DNA of 64,000 nt, taken from assembly GCF_009834535.1 (NCBI RefSeq), contig NC_045697.1, forward strand, positions 113,276,001 through 113,340,000. Reading direction: 5' to 3'. Shown here one piece after another: positions 37,674 through 51,695 of this stretch (the first letter of the stretch is position 1; the number at the start of each line of letters is the position of its first letter). The stretch is from Camelus ferus (Eukaryota). The notes below the pieces were generated by a model. That model searched no databases, had not been told where the DNA came from, and saw only the letters and a program-made list of their open reading frames with translations. Made by a program: the position numbers and the translations under genes.

Positions 37674-39714
37674 AATAGAGGGAGTCTTTCTTACCCTCTC
37701 ATTCATCTTGCCTTGAGGGTTTTAGGGTAAGTCAGGCCTGCACTTTAATCTTCCTCAGCTACTGTAAGTAGCCTTGTCTTTTGTTTTCCTTACACTTGGT
37801 TTTGTTTATATGATGAAGACTGGCCCAGATTTCCCTCATCACCTCTACCTTCATTTTTTTTGGTTTATCAGTATGCCTCTTACTTCTGATTCTTTTTATC
37901 CTGTGTGCACTGTCAAGGCGGTAGCGTCCTTTAATATGTGTTCTGCTTTCTTTCTTGTCGTTACTGGAGTGTGTCTGTATGTTTCTCCTTGTTTCTGTCA
38001 CACATGTCCTTTCTCACTTATGGAAAAGCAAAGTGATTGATTTTTGTTCCTCGAAGGGGATTATGATTCTGAGCAGATTTATTCATTATCTTAGCAGGGA
38101 CAGCTGCTGTGTGGGGGGGGGGGGCAGTGTTAATCTAATCATCGCAGCAGTGTTTGCTGCGGCAAATCTGAGACATCTGCATCCATCCCGGGCGTTGAAG
38201 CTTAATTGGAGGCCTCCCTTTTTTACTTTCTTTTTGAGAAGATTGGGTTGAGGTCTTATTCATTCCTTGAGGATTCTCTTTTGAATTTGAAGAATTAAAT
38301 TTTCATTATCTGATTTTTTGCTCTGACTGAGAAAGACTGACCTCTTCTGAGATTTTTGTTTAGTGTGGACTGATGAGAAAAGTCAGTTCATTTCATAAGT
38401 GTATACTGAGCACCTACTATATGCTAGTCATTGCTCTGGTTGTTCTGGTCTATACACGAGCAAGGCAGACCAGGTCCTAGTTACTGTCAGATTTATTATC
38501 TAGTTAGGGAAATAGACTTTGGGCAAGTAAAGAATCAGTATGTTGGACAGTAATGTATTTACAAGAAAGCAGAACCACAGGATAATTGTTAGGGAGTGAC
38601 TGGGCCTGGTGGAGGGATAGTTCTTTAGATGAACGGTGGGGGAGATCAGGTAACTTGGATATCTTGATATCGGGGCAAGATCTTATATTGCCTGGTCTGA
38701 CATGCAGTCCAGGGAACTTTCTCTTTGAACTTTCTAAAGTTCTGCCTCTTCAGAGTACCCAGAAATCTTCATGGGACGCACATCCATGGGTGAATTGTTG
38801 TAGGGGTTCAGGAGATTTTAGCCCCCCTTTTCCTTCTTGTCTCCTAGTGTGGTCTTTTAAAAGGAACAAATGTATCTTTTCTCCCTCGATTCAGTCCCCA
38901 AATGTCTACCATTTCCAAAGTGAATATACTGCTTGACTTAACTGGATTTTCAAAGGCACAATCCAAAACAGACTCTTACCCTGGAATTATACACGGCTGG
39001 TTTCACTTACTGATCTCAACATGAAATTGTACTAGGCTGATTTCACTCATCTCTTAAAAGATTTGTGTACATTATTTAGTTCTTTATACCCCTTTTGTGT
39101 TCTGCAGAGTATTTGGGATGGAGACTTCATGCACATCACTTTTTTAGATAGAGTCTGTTACCATCAAGAAGCTATGTTAATGCCCTCATTGACCCTTTTT
39201 AGGAATTGCAGAAGGCTGTGGATATATTCCCGTGTTAACAGATTATGGGGGTCACTGAACTGGAATTAGAGCTCTGTATGGTGTCTGTGTTCTAAGTTTG
39301 ATTCTACATAAGATTAGAGATCTTCCCCATTTGTAGGCAGAACTTTTCATTCTGTTAGTAATAGGTTGGAAACAGGCTAGTAACAAGAAGTAAGGGAGCC
39401 TGCTGGACTGTGTTTTAATCACAGGTGAGTCCCTGCCTCACTACAGATACTGGTTTTATGTTTCCTTGTCTTCCTCCTGCTGGAGGTCTCACCGACGTCC
39501 TTAGAGCAGGGTATCAGGCCTCCATCAGGCCCTGTAGTTGGACCTGCTCAACTTACAATAAATTATGTTACTGTGATCTCAAAAAATGATGAGAGAGAAA
39601 AGGCATTTGGTAAAGTTTAACAGTCATTTCTGTTATTAATAAAAGACACATACAAATAGGAATAGGTAGCTACTTTTCTTAACCTCATTAAATTTTTTGA
39701 TTGGATTTAATCAA

Positions 39715-40853
39715 AATGATTTACTCAGGTATGCTCCCAAAGCAATAATAAAAGCAAAAATAAGCAAATGAGACCTAATGAGACTTCTAAGCTTTTTGCA
39801 CAGCAAAAGGTAAACCATCAACAAAACAAAAAGACAGCCTATGAAACGAGAGAATATATTTACAAGTGATGTGACTGACAAGGGATCATTTCCAAAATAC
39901 ACAAACAGCTCATACAACTCAGTAATGAAAAACAAACAACCCAATCAAGAAATGACCAGAAGACCTAGACATTTCTCCATAGAAGACACACAGATGGCCA
40001 ATAAGCACATGAAAAGATCCTCAACATTGCTAATTATTAAAGAACTGCAAATCAAAACTACAATGAGGTATCACTTCACACCAGTCAGAATAGTCATCAT
40101 TAAGAAGTCCACAAATAGTAGATGCTGGAAGGATGTGGAGAAAAGGGAACCTCCTGCCCTGTTGGTGGGAATGTAAATTGGTGCAGCCACTATGGAAAAC
40201 AGTATGGAAGTTTCTTAAAAAACTAAAATTACACTTACCGTATGATCCTGCAATCCTACTTCTGGGCATATATCTGGAGAAAACTAATTCGAAAAGGTAC
40301 TTGCACCCCAGTGTTCATACCAGCACTGTTTACAGTAGGCAAGACATGGAAACAACCTAAATGCTCATTGACAGATGAATGGATAAAGAAGATGTGATAT
40401 ATTTGTGCAATGGAATACTACTCAGCCATAGAAGGGAATAAAATAATGCCATTTGCAGCAACATGGATGGACCTACAGATTATCATACTAAGTGAAGTAA
40501 GTCAGAGAAAGACATATATATGATATCACTTATACATGGAATCTAAAAAAAAACTGATACAAGTGAACTTATTTACAGAACAGAAACCGACTCACAGACA
40601 TAGAGAACAAACTAATGATTGCCAAAGGGGAAGCAGGAGGAGGGATAATTTAGGAGTGTGTGATTAAGAGATACACATTACTATATATAAAATTGATAAG
40701 CAACAAAGACCCACTGTACGGCACAGGGAACTATATTCAGTATCTTGTAATGAGCCATATATATGAAAAAGTATGTAAGTATAACTGAATCACTTTGCTG
40801 TACACCAGAAACTAACACAACATTGTAAATTAGCTATACTTCAAAAAAAAAAA
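39715..40853 (+). mobile_element. 5'-truncated L1 (ORF2 end, 3'UTR, A-tail) in intron 2, within older L1ME-like sequence (~39560-42700)
   Basis: ORF2 peptide [34 protein letters not shown] with frameshifts. Same type as 2340-3327. Confidence 0.9.
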
Positions 40854-43800
40854 TGCGTGATTATGTGTGACATTTGAAACATACCTAATAAAGTGTCAGA
40901 CATGCTCACGAACATCACAATTGCTTGATGCTTGATATTCTGGTCGTACCAACCAGAGTCATTTGAAAAGTGAAAAATGTGATGTACTAATAATGAAAAG
41001 GGGAAGGACTTATTTTTTTTGAAAATAGGGTTAAATATAGTGAATATACAGGAAAATCACTAGACATAAGTTTAAGCATGATGCTTTCTTGTGTTCAAAC
41101 AATATCCTATAAAGAACCTGTTTATAGTAGCAGTAAAAGATACTAAATAAGTAGGAATTCATAATAGCAGATAAGATACAAAATGGCTTCAGATAAGCCT
41201 AAGGACTATGTAGGATTCATAAGAGGTCAACTGTAACTAATTACGTGTGATTTAATCAACATTGAGGACAGTAATGATGGAATGGTTTTAAAGTTTAGTA
41301 AGAAAATCGTGTCAGAGTAGCTGGGAAGATTCTAAGTGGAAAATACTGATGGAGTGGTTAGGGGAACTAGACCTTATTCCCCAGAATTAAAACATGAAAG
41401 GCAGAGTTGAGCACTGATACTGAAAGAGATCAGTAGAACCAAATAGAAATTTTAGTTAAAAACCCGATATATAAGTACATCTAATTTATGTTCAAATTTA
41501 TTTTTCAAATCAGTAGGGTAAAGATAGATTATTATTCTACAACATGAGGATGTAACTGGCTAGTAATTTAGATAAAGATAAAATCAATCTGTCTTGTTTT
41601 TATTATAAAAATAAAATGACAAGTGGATCAAATATGCAAATTTAAGAAATGAAACCAGAAAAGCAATGAAAATGTTGAATTTTAAAAGTGATCTTGGCAT
41701 AGGGAAGGTCTTTATAAATGTGACACAAGTCTCAAAATTGAAAAAAGGAAAAGATTGGTGTATTTGGTGTTGTCAGATGCCAGAGTTCGTTAAACAACTT
41801 CAATGCTAAAAAACATGGTGGGAGGTAAGGGAGTGGATATTTGCTGCATATTTGATACAGGGCAGACGTTCAAATTAATGAAGATAAACCTTTCCCCCCA
41901 AAAAAGGTATAAAATATACAAACAATTCATAAACACATTCAGATAGCCAGGAAACATGTCTTCCTGATTAAATGATGAAATTGAAATTCAAGCAAGATAC
42001 CATTTTAGACCCATCAGACTGGCAGAGATCTAGTTTGCTTCTCAGTGAATGCAAGGATGTAGGAAAACCTCTCGTTCATGAAAGTGTGAATTGACGTGAC
42101 CTTTTCAAAAAGAAATTTAGTGTCTTGTCAAAATTAAAAATGTTCATAGCTTTGAATTTAGAAATTCTGCTTAGAAGCATTTATCATAGGAGTTACACAA
42201 AGATATATGTAATAGAATGTTCATTGTATCGTGTAATCATTTTATTAAAGCTGCAGATAAATGTCAAGTGACTGGTGTACTGAGTTTCGTACATCTATAC
42301 AGTGCAACATCATAAGAGTGTTTAAATAAAATTAGATATTTATGTTTTAGTGTAGAAAGATGTGCAAGATATGATAAAAAGGCTTACTTACATTATAATG
42401 TGGATATTTTATTTGAGCAGAACCTTTCAAAGATAGTAATGTAAAGTTTGCATCTGCCTAGTAAGTGTATTTGAAGGACTTACCAGCTGTCTATGGAGAG
42501 GAATTGGAAGGTTGAGAGAAATAAGCTAGGGGGATTTCTGCTTTTTGCTCCATACCCTTCTGTACTACTTGAGTGTTTCCTTTAAAAAAAACAAACAAAA
42601 AAAGAAACCCCAGGAACATGAATAATTTTCATACTTAAAATTAAAAAAGATCAAAACAGTGTCAGAGTTTAGATTTGTACCGAAACATAATTACATTGCA
42701 TGGGCCTTTATTGCTCCTAATAGAAAATACAAAACAAGGAGCCTTCCGCTTTGTGGTCTAATAGCATTTATTTGTTTGAGAATAACACTGATTTTGTGTC
42801 CTGAGTGTTAACGACATGTGTCTGCCCTCCTACCCAGTTCAGAGGGTTTCCTGAAAGGTCTAACAGCAGTTCCGCTTTTCTTCCTTTCTTCTACCTACAT
42901 ACTCCCGACTTGATGTAATCAGTGGGCTTTATTACAGTCCAAAAGTAAGGAAAGTCTGCTCTAGTCCTTGCTGTGGTTTGGTGAGGCGGTGGGGTAGGTT
43001 TCATCACTGAACTGCTGCATTGGAAGATGCAGTTGGCTGCTTCTAAGAGGTGCCGCTCCCAGAGCCATAGTGATACCACAGTTGCCCTCTAACGTGTCAC
43101 GAAAGCCTCCTCCTGTCTGCAGCCCCTGGCGTTATCGTTCTCCAGGCTTATATTTAACAGGGCAAGGGCCTTCCCCGGGGAAGACCTTCTTAAACAAAGC
43201 TGTTCCATGTCACATGTACCAGTTTATTCTATTCTTTCAAACCATGGTCTTGCCAAGAAAAGGCTTTCCATATTTAATATGATAAAATGACAAGTGGTGG
43301 TCTTGTCCCTAAAAGTACCCAGAGAAAGTCTGACATATAAAATATAATCATTTCCTTCAACACAGGCCAGACTAACCACCCAGAGGTAAGTCTTCTGCAT
43401 TGCGTTGATTGAGACCCTTAGTGTGGCTCTTCATTACTAGCCCTTCATCTGAAAGTAGCGTCCCCAGAAGAAAGCTATGCTTTAACTCTGGTTAAGTGAT
43501 AATGAAAAAAATACATGACAAAGAATACATATATATATGCATGTGTGTGTATATATATATATTTTTATATATAAAAAACTGAATCATTTTGCTGTACAGA
43601 AACTAATGCAACATTGTACATCAACTATGCTTCAATTAAATATATAAATAAAAACCCCTTGGTTTGAGTTCCCATAGAGGAAAATGTTTATCTTCAATGT
43701 ACTGTATAATTTAGGTTTTCCTGTCGTCCAACATTTCTCCAAAAGTTGTCTTTCTTCTACCAAACTAACCTTAACTTGTCATTAACAGGATCTTTGCACT

Positions 43801-44651
43801 TTCAAGCCCTTCTTAAAGGAAGAACTTCCTTCCAAGAATCCATTGTGATCATTTGGCCAAGATGAGGATTAGAAAGCTCTGTTTATTTAATTTAAAGCCT
43901 AGGGTCTGTTTTATTCTTAGATTTCTCTCCGACTTCATCTCTACTGAAATATTTAGTTTCTATAGCAACTGAGATACAGTTAGCAGCTGGGTCAGAAAAG
44001 AGAAGTCTTTAGCTGTAAAGAAATTTGGTTTTTAACCTGGAGAGGCGGGATAATCAGGCAACACCTTCACAGCTTTTCCTGACTGGAACTTGCCTTCTGT
44101 TTCCAGGAATTCTGCATTTTTTTCTTCACGAGGCCAGAAATTCATGTCTTTTTTCACACAGCCCCAGAAAAGTTAGCTGCTTCTCTGTTCAGCTGGTTAA
44201 TCACTGTCAAATCAATTAACCACATTAAAACAGCTACGAGGGCTCTCCGTCTGTGGAGACGTTGGAGTGGCCAGTAGAATTATTTCTCTTCAGATGGAAT
44301 GTCTCTGGGAGTTATTCTGTGAATTGTCTCTTTTCTTGACTTTGGATTCCTTAACAGTACCTTTTTTGGGAGGGGAGGTGTCTTGTATTTAAGTATAATT
44401 GGAAAAATCTCAAATGGTATTCAGGTCTGTGTTCTTACAGATTACGGTGTAGACACTGGATCTTTTCAGTCACTTAGGTGGGGAGATGTTGAAGGTGGGA
44501 GAAATGCTCAGACACTAAAAAGGAAACATCACAGAGATGATATAAATACTTAATGTATCTTCAGAAATGAGTATAGCACTCTAAATGCAGACTCCTTTTT
44601 TTAAAAATGTTGTTGAAGCTGGAGGAAGATTAATGCTTTTTTATATTATAG

Positions 44652-44745
44652 GAGCTACCTTCTGTTGAAGAACTCACTATTCTTCTGCCCGAAGATATTG
44701 AAATAAAGCCTCTTGGGATGGTGTCAAGTATTATCGAACAATTAG
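44652..44745 (+). CDS. NAF1: NAF1 coding exon 3 (ELPSVEELTILLPEDIEIKPLGMVSSIIEQL)
   Basis: Acceptor TTATAG|GAG, donor TAG|GTGTGT; start of the Gar1/Naf1 domain. Confidence 0.96.
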
Positions 44746-44976
44746 GTGTGTAAATATTTTTCTTAATAAAAATTGTCGTTTATATCCAAGCATGTGCTAA
44801 TAAATCAAAGGCTTTATGACTAGAATTTTCTCTGAAATGTGTAATAATACTTCATTTTATAGTCATTAAGTTTGAACAGATAAATTCAATTTTTATTTAT
44901 ACAAGTAATACATAAATACATTGTCTTTTATAAAAATTTGAAGTGTGCTCTTGCTGACAGAATTTCTTTGATTTGG

Positions 44977-45478
44977 TATATTTGTTTTCTATTGCTATTA
45001 AATGACTACAAATTTAGTGGCTTAAAACAGCACAGATTTATTCCCTTACAGTTCTGTGGGCAGAAACGTGATGTGGGTCCCACTGGCTGACACAAGGGAG
45101 CCGCTGGGGCTGGGTCCTTTCTGGAGGTACCAGAGGAGCATCCGTCTCCTGACCTTTTCCAGTTTCTGGAGGCTGCCACATGCTCGCGGCCCCTTCCTTC
45201 ACTCTTGGGGCCCATGATGTAGCTTCTCTCGCACCTTCTTCCATTGGCACGTCTCTCTGACCACAGCCTGGAAGGATTCTCTGCCTTTAAGGACTCCTTG
45301 GATTGGATTTACCCTCATAATCTGGGGTAATCTCCCCCTGTCAAGGTCCTTAGCCTTAGTCACATCTGCAGAGTCTCTTTCATGGAAGGTGACAGTCGCA
45401 GGCTCAGGGATTCGGGTGTGGTATCTTGTTTTTGTAGCAAAAGGGTCCTGGGGAAGGGGGTGTTAATCTGCCGGCTGT
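44977..45478 (-). mobile_element. MaLR LTR (MLT1B/C-like) in intron 3
   Basis: ACTACAAATTTAGTGGCTTAAAACAGCACAGATTTATT...CACATCTGCAGAGTCTCTTT motifs. Confidence 0.7.
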
Positions 45479-46824
45479 CTTTGATTTTATCTTATAAATA
45501 TGTAAATTAGAAAGTTCTGTGGTTTAACACCGATATTAATGGTGTGAAATATGAACCCACTGGACTGCCTGAGAACTAGAAATTACAGATTTCTTTTAGT
45601 CCCAAGATGTGAGGTAGGTATATGAGAAGCCTTGAAATTAATGTCGCTACCATTTTTAACTCTCCAGTAAGATACACCAAAAAATAGGACTCATAGTTGA
45701 CAAAGTCATAGGATTTTGAGCTGGCAAAAAGACCTAAATTGTCCACCAGTTTCCTTAGTTTATGACTTAAAGAACATAGAAGAATTCAGGCCATTTGCTC
45801 TTGTGATCAGTTGTATAATGAGTCAGTGGTAGAAATGGAATTTTGTCTTTTGGCCTTTTTCTCAGTATCCATATCAGTATTTTAAAAAAAGAATTCTTAC
45901 ATAATTTTGCAGTTTATTAATGAAAATTCCAGTTAAAGTGAAACAATTTTATAAAAATTATTTTAACATAGCGATTAAAAATCTTTCTATGATACTCAAG
46001 TCATTACATTTACTAGTTTTTGAATTACCTTACAGTATTTAATAATATGCATAAGTAAGTCAGGCAGTTCTGTGATTTCATAGTGTGAGTCAAGCATTTA
46101 TTGGACTTGATGTGCTGTAGAAAAAATTTAGGTCATAATGTTTATTCTCAAGGGAGAAAACTGAATTGTATGATACACATGGAGTAATGCTTTTCAAAGA
46201 AGCTGTTTTGACTAATAACACATCCTAACAGAATAACGGAATTCTCAGCCTGGTGGGAACAAAGCTTAATGCATCAACATGAGCACATGCTCCTGCTGTG
46301 CGTGCTTGTTGCACACTGTTTTGAAAGCTTAAAAGTGTATAACATTATTTGGACCAAATTACAAAAAAGGAAAATATAGTAGTACATGAGGTGGTGGTGA
46401 TAGCTGTCTGGATTTGGCCATGTGGTCATGTTACTCTCTTGAATCCTAGTTTCTTATCTTTCTATAAACTGAGGGTTTGGATTAGGTGATTTTTAATTCT
46501 CGTGTAACTTGACTCTGAGAAGCGGGTTAGGGAGGAGAGAAGATGGAGAATGAATTCTGTTAGTGCTCACTGTCACTGTCAGCCCCTGACATTATCTTTC
46601 TTCCAGAAGCAGATCTAACACAGAAATGGGTGACCTATGATCTGTTACTTACATGTATGTTCAGAACTGAGAAGTGCTAACTCTTGAAATTACTTGGGAT
46701 ACGGTTGAAAATCTTTGAATGAATTGTAATAATCTGAACTAATATGTTTCATTTTCCAAGTGGCCATAGCATTATCTGTGTAATGTGACAGTGTATTCTT
46801 GTTTGTGGCTTTAATTTCCAAAGA

Positions 46825-46827
<3 letters not shown>

Positions 46828-46868
<41 letters not shown>
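46828..46868 (+). repeat. (TG)20 microsatellite
   Basis: Read directly. Confidence 0.95.
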
Positions 46869-46869
<1 letters not shown>

Positions 46870-47221
46870 TTTGCTGTAATAGACTGGTTGTTTGACATTT
46901 GTGGCACTTACAGGAATTGGAGGTTATGCTAGACCAGTGGGAGAATGCTTTTGCCTTTTGAGAAGAGAAATGATAAAAATTACTGGAATCTCTCTCATTC
47001 TTACTTCATCTGTTCAGAAGAAAGTGCTTTTGTGAAGTCTCTAACTTTTTCATGTATCAGTAAGTAATTAGTGCTTTGTAGGAGAGAATTTCTAGAGTGA
47101 GAAAGAAGACTAATTTATTCTAAAGCAGGAGTTAAGTGACTAAATGTGATTATTCATTTTTGGCTAAACATTGCTTGAGAAAATGTACACAGCTTGACCT
47201 CGCTGATTCCTTAATTGGTTC

Positions 47222-47490
47222 TTTTTTTTTTTTTTGACTTTTTTTTTATTGAGTTATAGTCATGTTACAATGTTGTGTCAAATTCCAGTGTAGAGCACAA
47301 TTTTTCAGTTATACATGAACATACATATATTCATTGTCACATTTTTTTTGCTGTGAGCTACCACAAGATCTTGTATATATTTCCCTGTGCTATACAGTAT
47401 AATCTTGTTTATCTATTCTGCATATGCCGGTCAGTATCCACAAATTTTGAAATCCCAGTCTGTCCCTTCGCACCCCCCCGTCCCCTTGGT
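47222..47490 (-). mobile_element. Young-looking lineage-specific L1 3' end in intron 3
   Basis: T-tract followed by TTATTGAGTTATAGTCATGTTACAATGTTGTGTCAAATTCCAGTGTAGAGCAC..., a 3'UTR type I recall from camelid L1. Confidence 0.75.
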
Positions 47491-47759
47491 GGTTATTTCA
47501 GTTTTCTGTGACACTTTATACTTTAATGTTTTTTCTTAGAATGATAACTCTTGTGTTAAATAAAAATATGTAGAATTTATTTCCCTGTGCTACCTGGTCA
47601 TAAATGGGCTTTGTTTATCCACAAGTAAGTTACTGAGATATATTTCCCTCCTTAAATTTCATTTTAAATTATATTGGGATTAAAGCCTATATTCTCATTT
47701 AAATTCTATATTATGTTCTGATTAAATCTTTAAATAATTTGTTTTGTTTCATTTTTCAG

Positions 47760-47842
47760 TAATAATTGAATCTGTGACTAACATTCCTCCAGTTAACGAG
47801 GAGACGGTAATTTTTAAAAGTGATCGACAGGCAGCAGGAAAG
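47760..47842 (+). CDS. NAF1: NAF1 coding exon 4 (VIIESVTNIPPVNEETVIFKSDRQAAGK)
   Basis: Acceptor TTTTTCAG|T, donor AAG|GTTTGT; the peptide is visible in ORF 47744..47950. Confidence 0.96.
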
Positions 47843-50800
47843 GTTTGTAAAAAAAAAAAAAAAATTCAAATTCTACGAATTATTCTGTTTCTTTGTGGAT
47901 TGGTTTTTCTGACTCACTGTCTTAAAAAGTTTATTAATTTTAGTACATGAGAGGTCTAGAGCTCTCATATTTTAATACATTCCTCATTTTCTTCAATACT
48001 TCATGTCTGTCTGCAAATTGGTTTAATACTGCTTGTTATTCTTTGCTGCTTGAGTTACTAAATACACATGTGTAGAATTTTTTCCTGATGTTTGTCAGGT
48101 ACTTTGCCAGGTAGTGGGTCTATGTGCTGAAAAAGGCACAGTTCCCTTCCCTCCGGGTACTCAGTTGAGTGCGGGAGACTTTCCACCATGTAATAGTTCA
48201 TAAACTTCTTTGGTTTGTGAGTCCCTTCGAGTAGAGGCTCTCAAAACTTTTTAGACTTGTGGCTTCCTCAGGCGGAGGCTGAGAGTGGGGTCTTTTTCAA
48301 GTAGAGAGCAATTTCAGTGACAGCAGTAAGTGTCACCGTGAGCACATTCCGGGGAGCTGTGTCCTTTAGTCCCCATCGTAGGGTTGGTCCCTTCCAGCGC
48401 CCTCCTAGTGGAACAGCCCTGCGTGCCGCTTGTCCACCCTTAGTAGGGAAGGAAGACCCCACCTCTTACCCCCAAGTACACAATTCTGAGTCGTCAGCCA
48501 AGGACATAAAACTTTCCAAGATCAAGACTGAATACCAGCCAAGTGTTCTTTTTTTGGCAGCGGGGATGGAGTTTTCTTCACCTCAGGATTCCCCACTGTG
48601 TGCACTGCAGTCCTTTCTACATTACACCTGCTAAGTAAACAGGTACTGAGTTGAAAACAAGTCAGAAACCAGCTGCTGTCTTTGGAGAAGCAACTTTCTG
48701 GGATTTCGTTTTTCCCAGATAAGCAACAGTTGGCTGCTTCTTTTGTTCTAAGAGATACAATTAATCTGTGTTTAAACAAAAAAAAGCTTATACATTAAAC
48801 TTTATTATTGCATCGACTCCCATAATGTTCCCTTTTCTCTGCCTTTTCCTGCCATTCCATCCTGACACAGATCGGAAAGGGATCAGGTTTTTATCAGGGG
48901 TCCTGCCACCCTGCACTACCTACGTTCCAGGTTGACAGGCTAATTTACCAAAGAGAAATGAGTCTCAGGATTGCAGAGCAGTCAGCAGCAGCAGAATTCA
49001 TTGGAGTCTAGTGTGAGTGTTTTTTGGCAATTCTTGAGAAAGTTTGTGAAGAGACGAACGACTTTTTAATGCCGGAAGGATGGTGCTGTATTGTCTCCCT
49101 AGACTTTGGTTCACATAGGGGTCTCAGTATGCTGGTTCAGAGGAAGAGGCTCTGGAATAAGAACAAACAGTTCACTGCCGGTGCCTTTGTAAGGAGGGGC
49201 TTAGAGACTTTCGGGGGGCTTAACCATGACTTGAAACTGATTGTTCCCATGACTCGTTTTATTTACGATTTTCATGACAGTTCCTTTGTCTCTCTCTAAT
49301 AGCTGGCTTAGGCAATTTTAATTTTAATTTCAGAACACCTCACTAATTTTAAAAACCTCAAAAAAAAAAAACCCCTCAAAACTTACATTTCTTAGGACCC
49401 CCCCCCCCCCCAGGACATCTGGATTTTCAGTCCTATAATTGTGACTAATAATATTAATACTCAGCCCTTCTGTCATTTGAGTTTAGAAGGAGTCAGATCC
49501 AAATGTAACATTTTACAGCTCTAACTTCAGCAATGTGGCATAAGTCTAGAGGGAAAAATTAGATCTGTCTCTAAATTTTACTTAGAAAGTTTTGTAAATT
49601 CAAGAAGTCTTTCAAGAATGTCTGATTATAAATCTAAGCACCTTCAAATAATTCTCCAAGATAATGGTGGGGTGTGAAGGGTTGAGAGCGTTAGTTAAAC
49701 AAACCAGTGATCAGGAAATGAAATGGAATCTCTCTTAGATGTTTCGCATATTTTATCTGGGCACCAGATTAGTTTTGCTTTCAGTGTTAAAGCTTTGTAC
49801 AGCCTCCCTTTTTCCTCTCCTCTTCAGTAGTAACAGTAATCAGCCACAGTGATAAATATTTCGTGTATCTCTTTAAATTCACTGAAACTTTGTAAGGAAG
49901 TAGAATTATCCCATGTACTCAAAAATCACAGTGCTAAAAAGGAACGGAATGGCATTCATGACCTAGGTGGTCTGTCTGATTTTTTCCCTCCAACTTCCTT
50001 CCCCTCTCCCGCTGATTAAGGAGGGCAACCTCAGATGTGAATTTCTCCCTTTTGCACTTTAATCCTAATAACGATTTGTTCTGCTGATAAATAGTGAATG
50101 AAATTCCACTTTTAATGTTGAATTCTTCAATATTAGAGAATTTTTAAAAAGTGACCAACCTATGTCACCTATTATTATATCCATATAAACATGAACTTCT
50201 TGGTCATCTGCTTTGCATGTAGTTTTGAGCATTTGAGCAGGCTTTGTTTTTCTTGTTCTTGTTTTACTTTGTAATAAATGAGAACCTTTAGTATCAAAAA
50301 TCAGCAACGTAGGGCGTAGTGAAACAGGCACTTTGATTGTGATTGGTTTAAATGGGTCCAGGTTATTTGGAGAGTTATTTAGCAATTTACATCAAGAGTT
50401 TTAATGATAATCATACTTGTGGCTCCAGTAATTCCGCCCCTTACAAATCAGTTCTCAGGAAATCTGGAGTACAGAGAGTTACATACAAAGGTGTTCGTTG
50501 TGGCACCAGTTCTTTTATTGAACAAATTAGAAGCTGCCCAAATGTCCTACAGTGTAAGACAAGTTAAATAAATTGTGCTAGATCTATAAAAGAGTGTTAA
50601 ATAGCCACAGAAATTATGCTTATGAAGAATATATACAACATGGAAAAACTTATAGCATCTTTAGGTTTTAAAAGGGAGCGGTACACAAATCTGTGCTGTG
50701 GTGTCAAAGGGGAAAACATCATTAACAGGAAAAAGGCTGGAGAAACCTTTGCTGATGCTGGTCATGATCTAGTCTCTATAATACACACACATTTATTATC

Positions 50801-51534
50801 AGAAACATTGTTTTTAAAAACTCAGGCATTTATATTGAGAAGAATTTGAAGTCAAGAGGCTTCCTCTCATCATTTATAAACATTTTCAGAAATAAAATAA
50901 TATGTCTCTCCTAAAAGTAGTTGCTTTACTTAAAAGGTAAAGGCTACATGGCATCTTTGATTTTTGAGAAATAAACGACTTCAGGTTAAAATCTACTCTA
51001 CTACTTTTTGAATTAGAGAACGTTGTGGTTTAGTTTTATAAAAATGTTAACCCCTCTGGAAACAGCAGAGGTGATCGAATACGTATCAAAGCAGAAGGTA
51101 AAAGTTTTTCATAAGATTTAAAATGACAACAATTTATTTCTCAAAAGTTAACTGTAATTCTTTTGTTTATACCTTACAACTTAAATGAATAATAATAAAA
51201 ACAAAAATTCATTGTTTGCATCTAGTTGGTACCACCAAAATGATTTAAATTTAGTGAGAAACAAACTTGTTCTAGTTACTTTATTTTATATATTATAATT
51301 ATTTTAGATCCATAGAAAGGAAATCTGGAATAAGCTAATGCTTTAATTATCACACTATGAAGGCTTTATGAGTGTGCAGAAATGACTTAAATATAAATAA
51401 ACCAGACCTTTGAGAAGGTCTGATAATGACAAAATTGCCTTATTAAAACACCAGGTTTTAAAAAAATGTTGCTAACTTTTGAAGTCATTATTTTACATGC
51501 AAAAGGAGATCTTTGTATTTTTTCTATTTTGTAG

Positions 51535-51695
51535 ATATTTGAGATATTTGGACCTGTTGCACATCCATTTTATGTATTACGGTTTAATTCTTCAGAGCAC
51601 ATTGAGAGTAAAGGTATTAAAATAAAGGACACTATGTATTTTGCTCCATCCATGAAAGACTTCACCCAGTATATATTCACAGAAAAACTTAAGCA
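51535..51695 (+). CDS. NAF1: NAF1 coding exon 5 (IFEIFGPVAHPFYVLRFNSSEHIESKGIKIKDTMYFAPSMKDFTQYIFTEKLK)
   Basis: Acceptor TTTTGTAG|ATA, donor GCA|GTAAGT; carries the conserved Gar1/Naf1 E-I-F-G-P-V..P motif. Confidence 0.97.

Noticed and set aside
39841..40360. ORFs with L1 ORF2 similarity (also 2222-2515 and 9790-10101) as protein-coding genes
   Set aside because: They are frameshifted, 5'-truncated retrotransposon remnants.
30657..44651. Intronic snoRNA/scaRNA hosted by NAF1 (plausible for an RNP-biogenesis gene)
   Set aside because: I could not identify a convincing H/ACA hairpin-hinge-hairpin-ACA or C/D box structure by eye. An Infernal/Rfam scan would be needed to exclude one.
48860..49300. 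Possible minus-strand LTR in intron 4 (similarly LTR-like stretches at ~38650-39550 and ~42780-44500)
   Set aside because: LTR-like wording, but no TSD or family match that I can support, so not listed as features.
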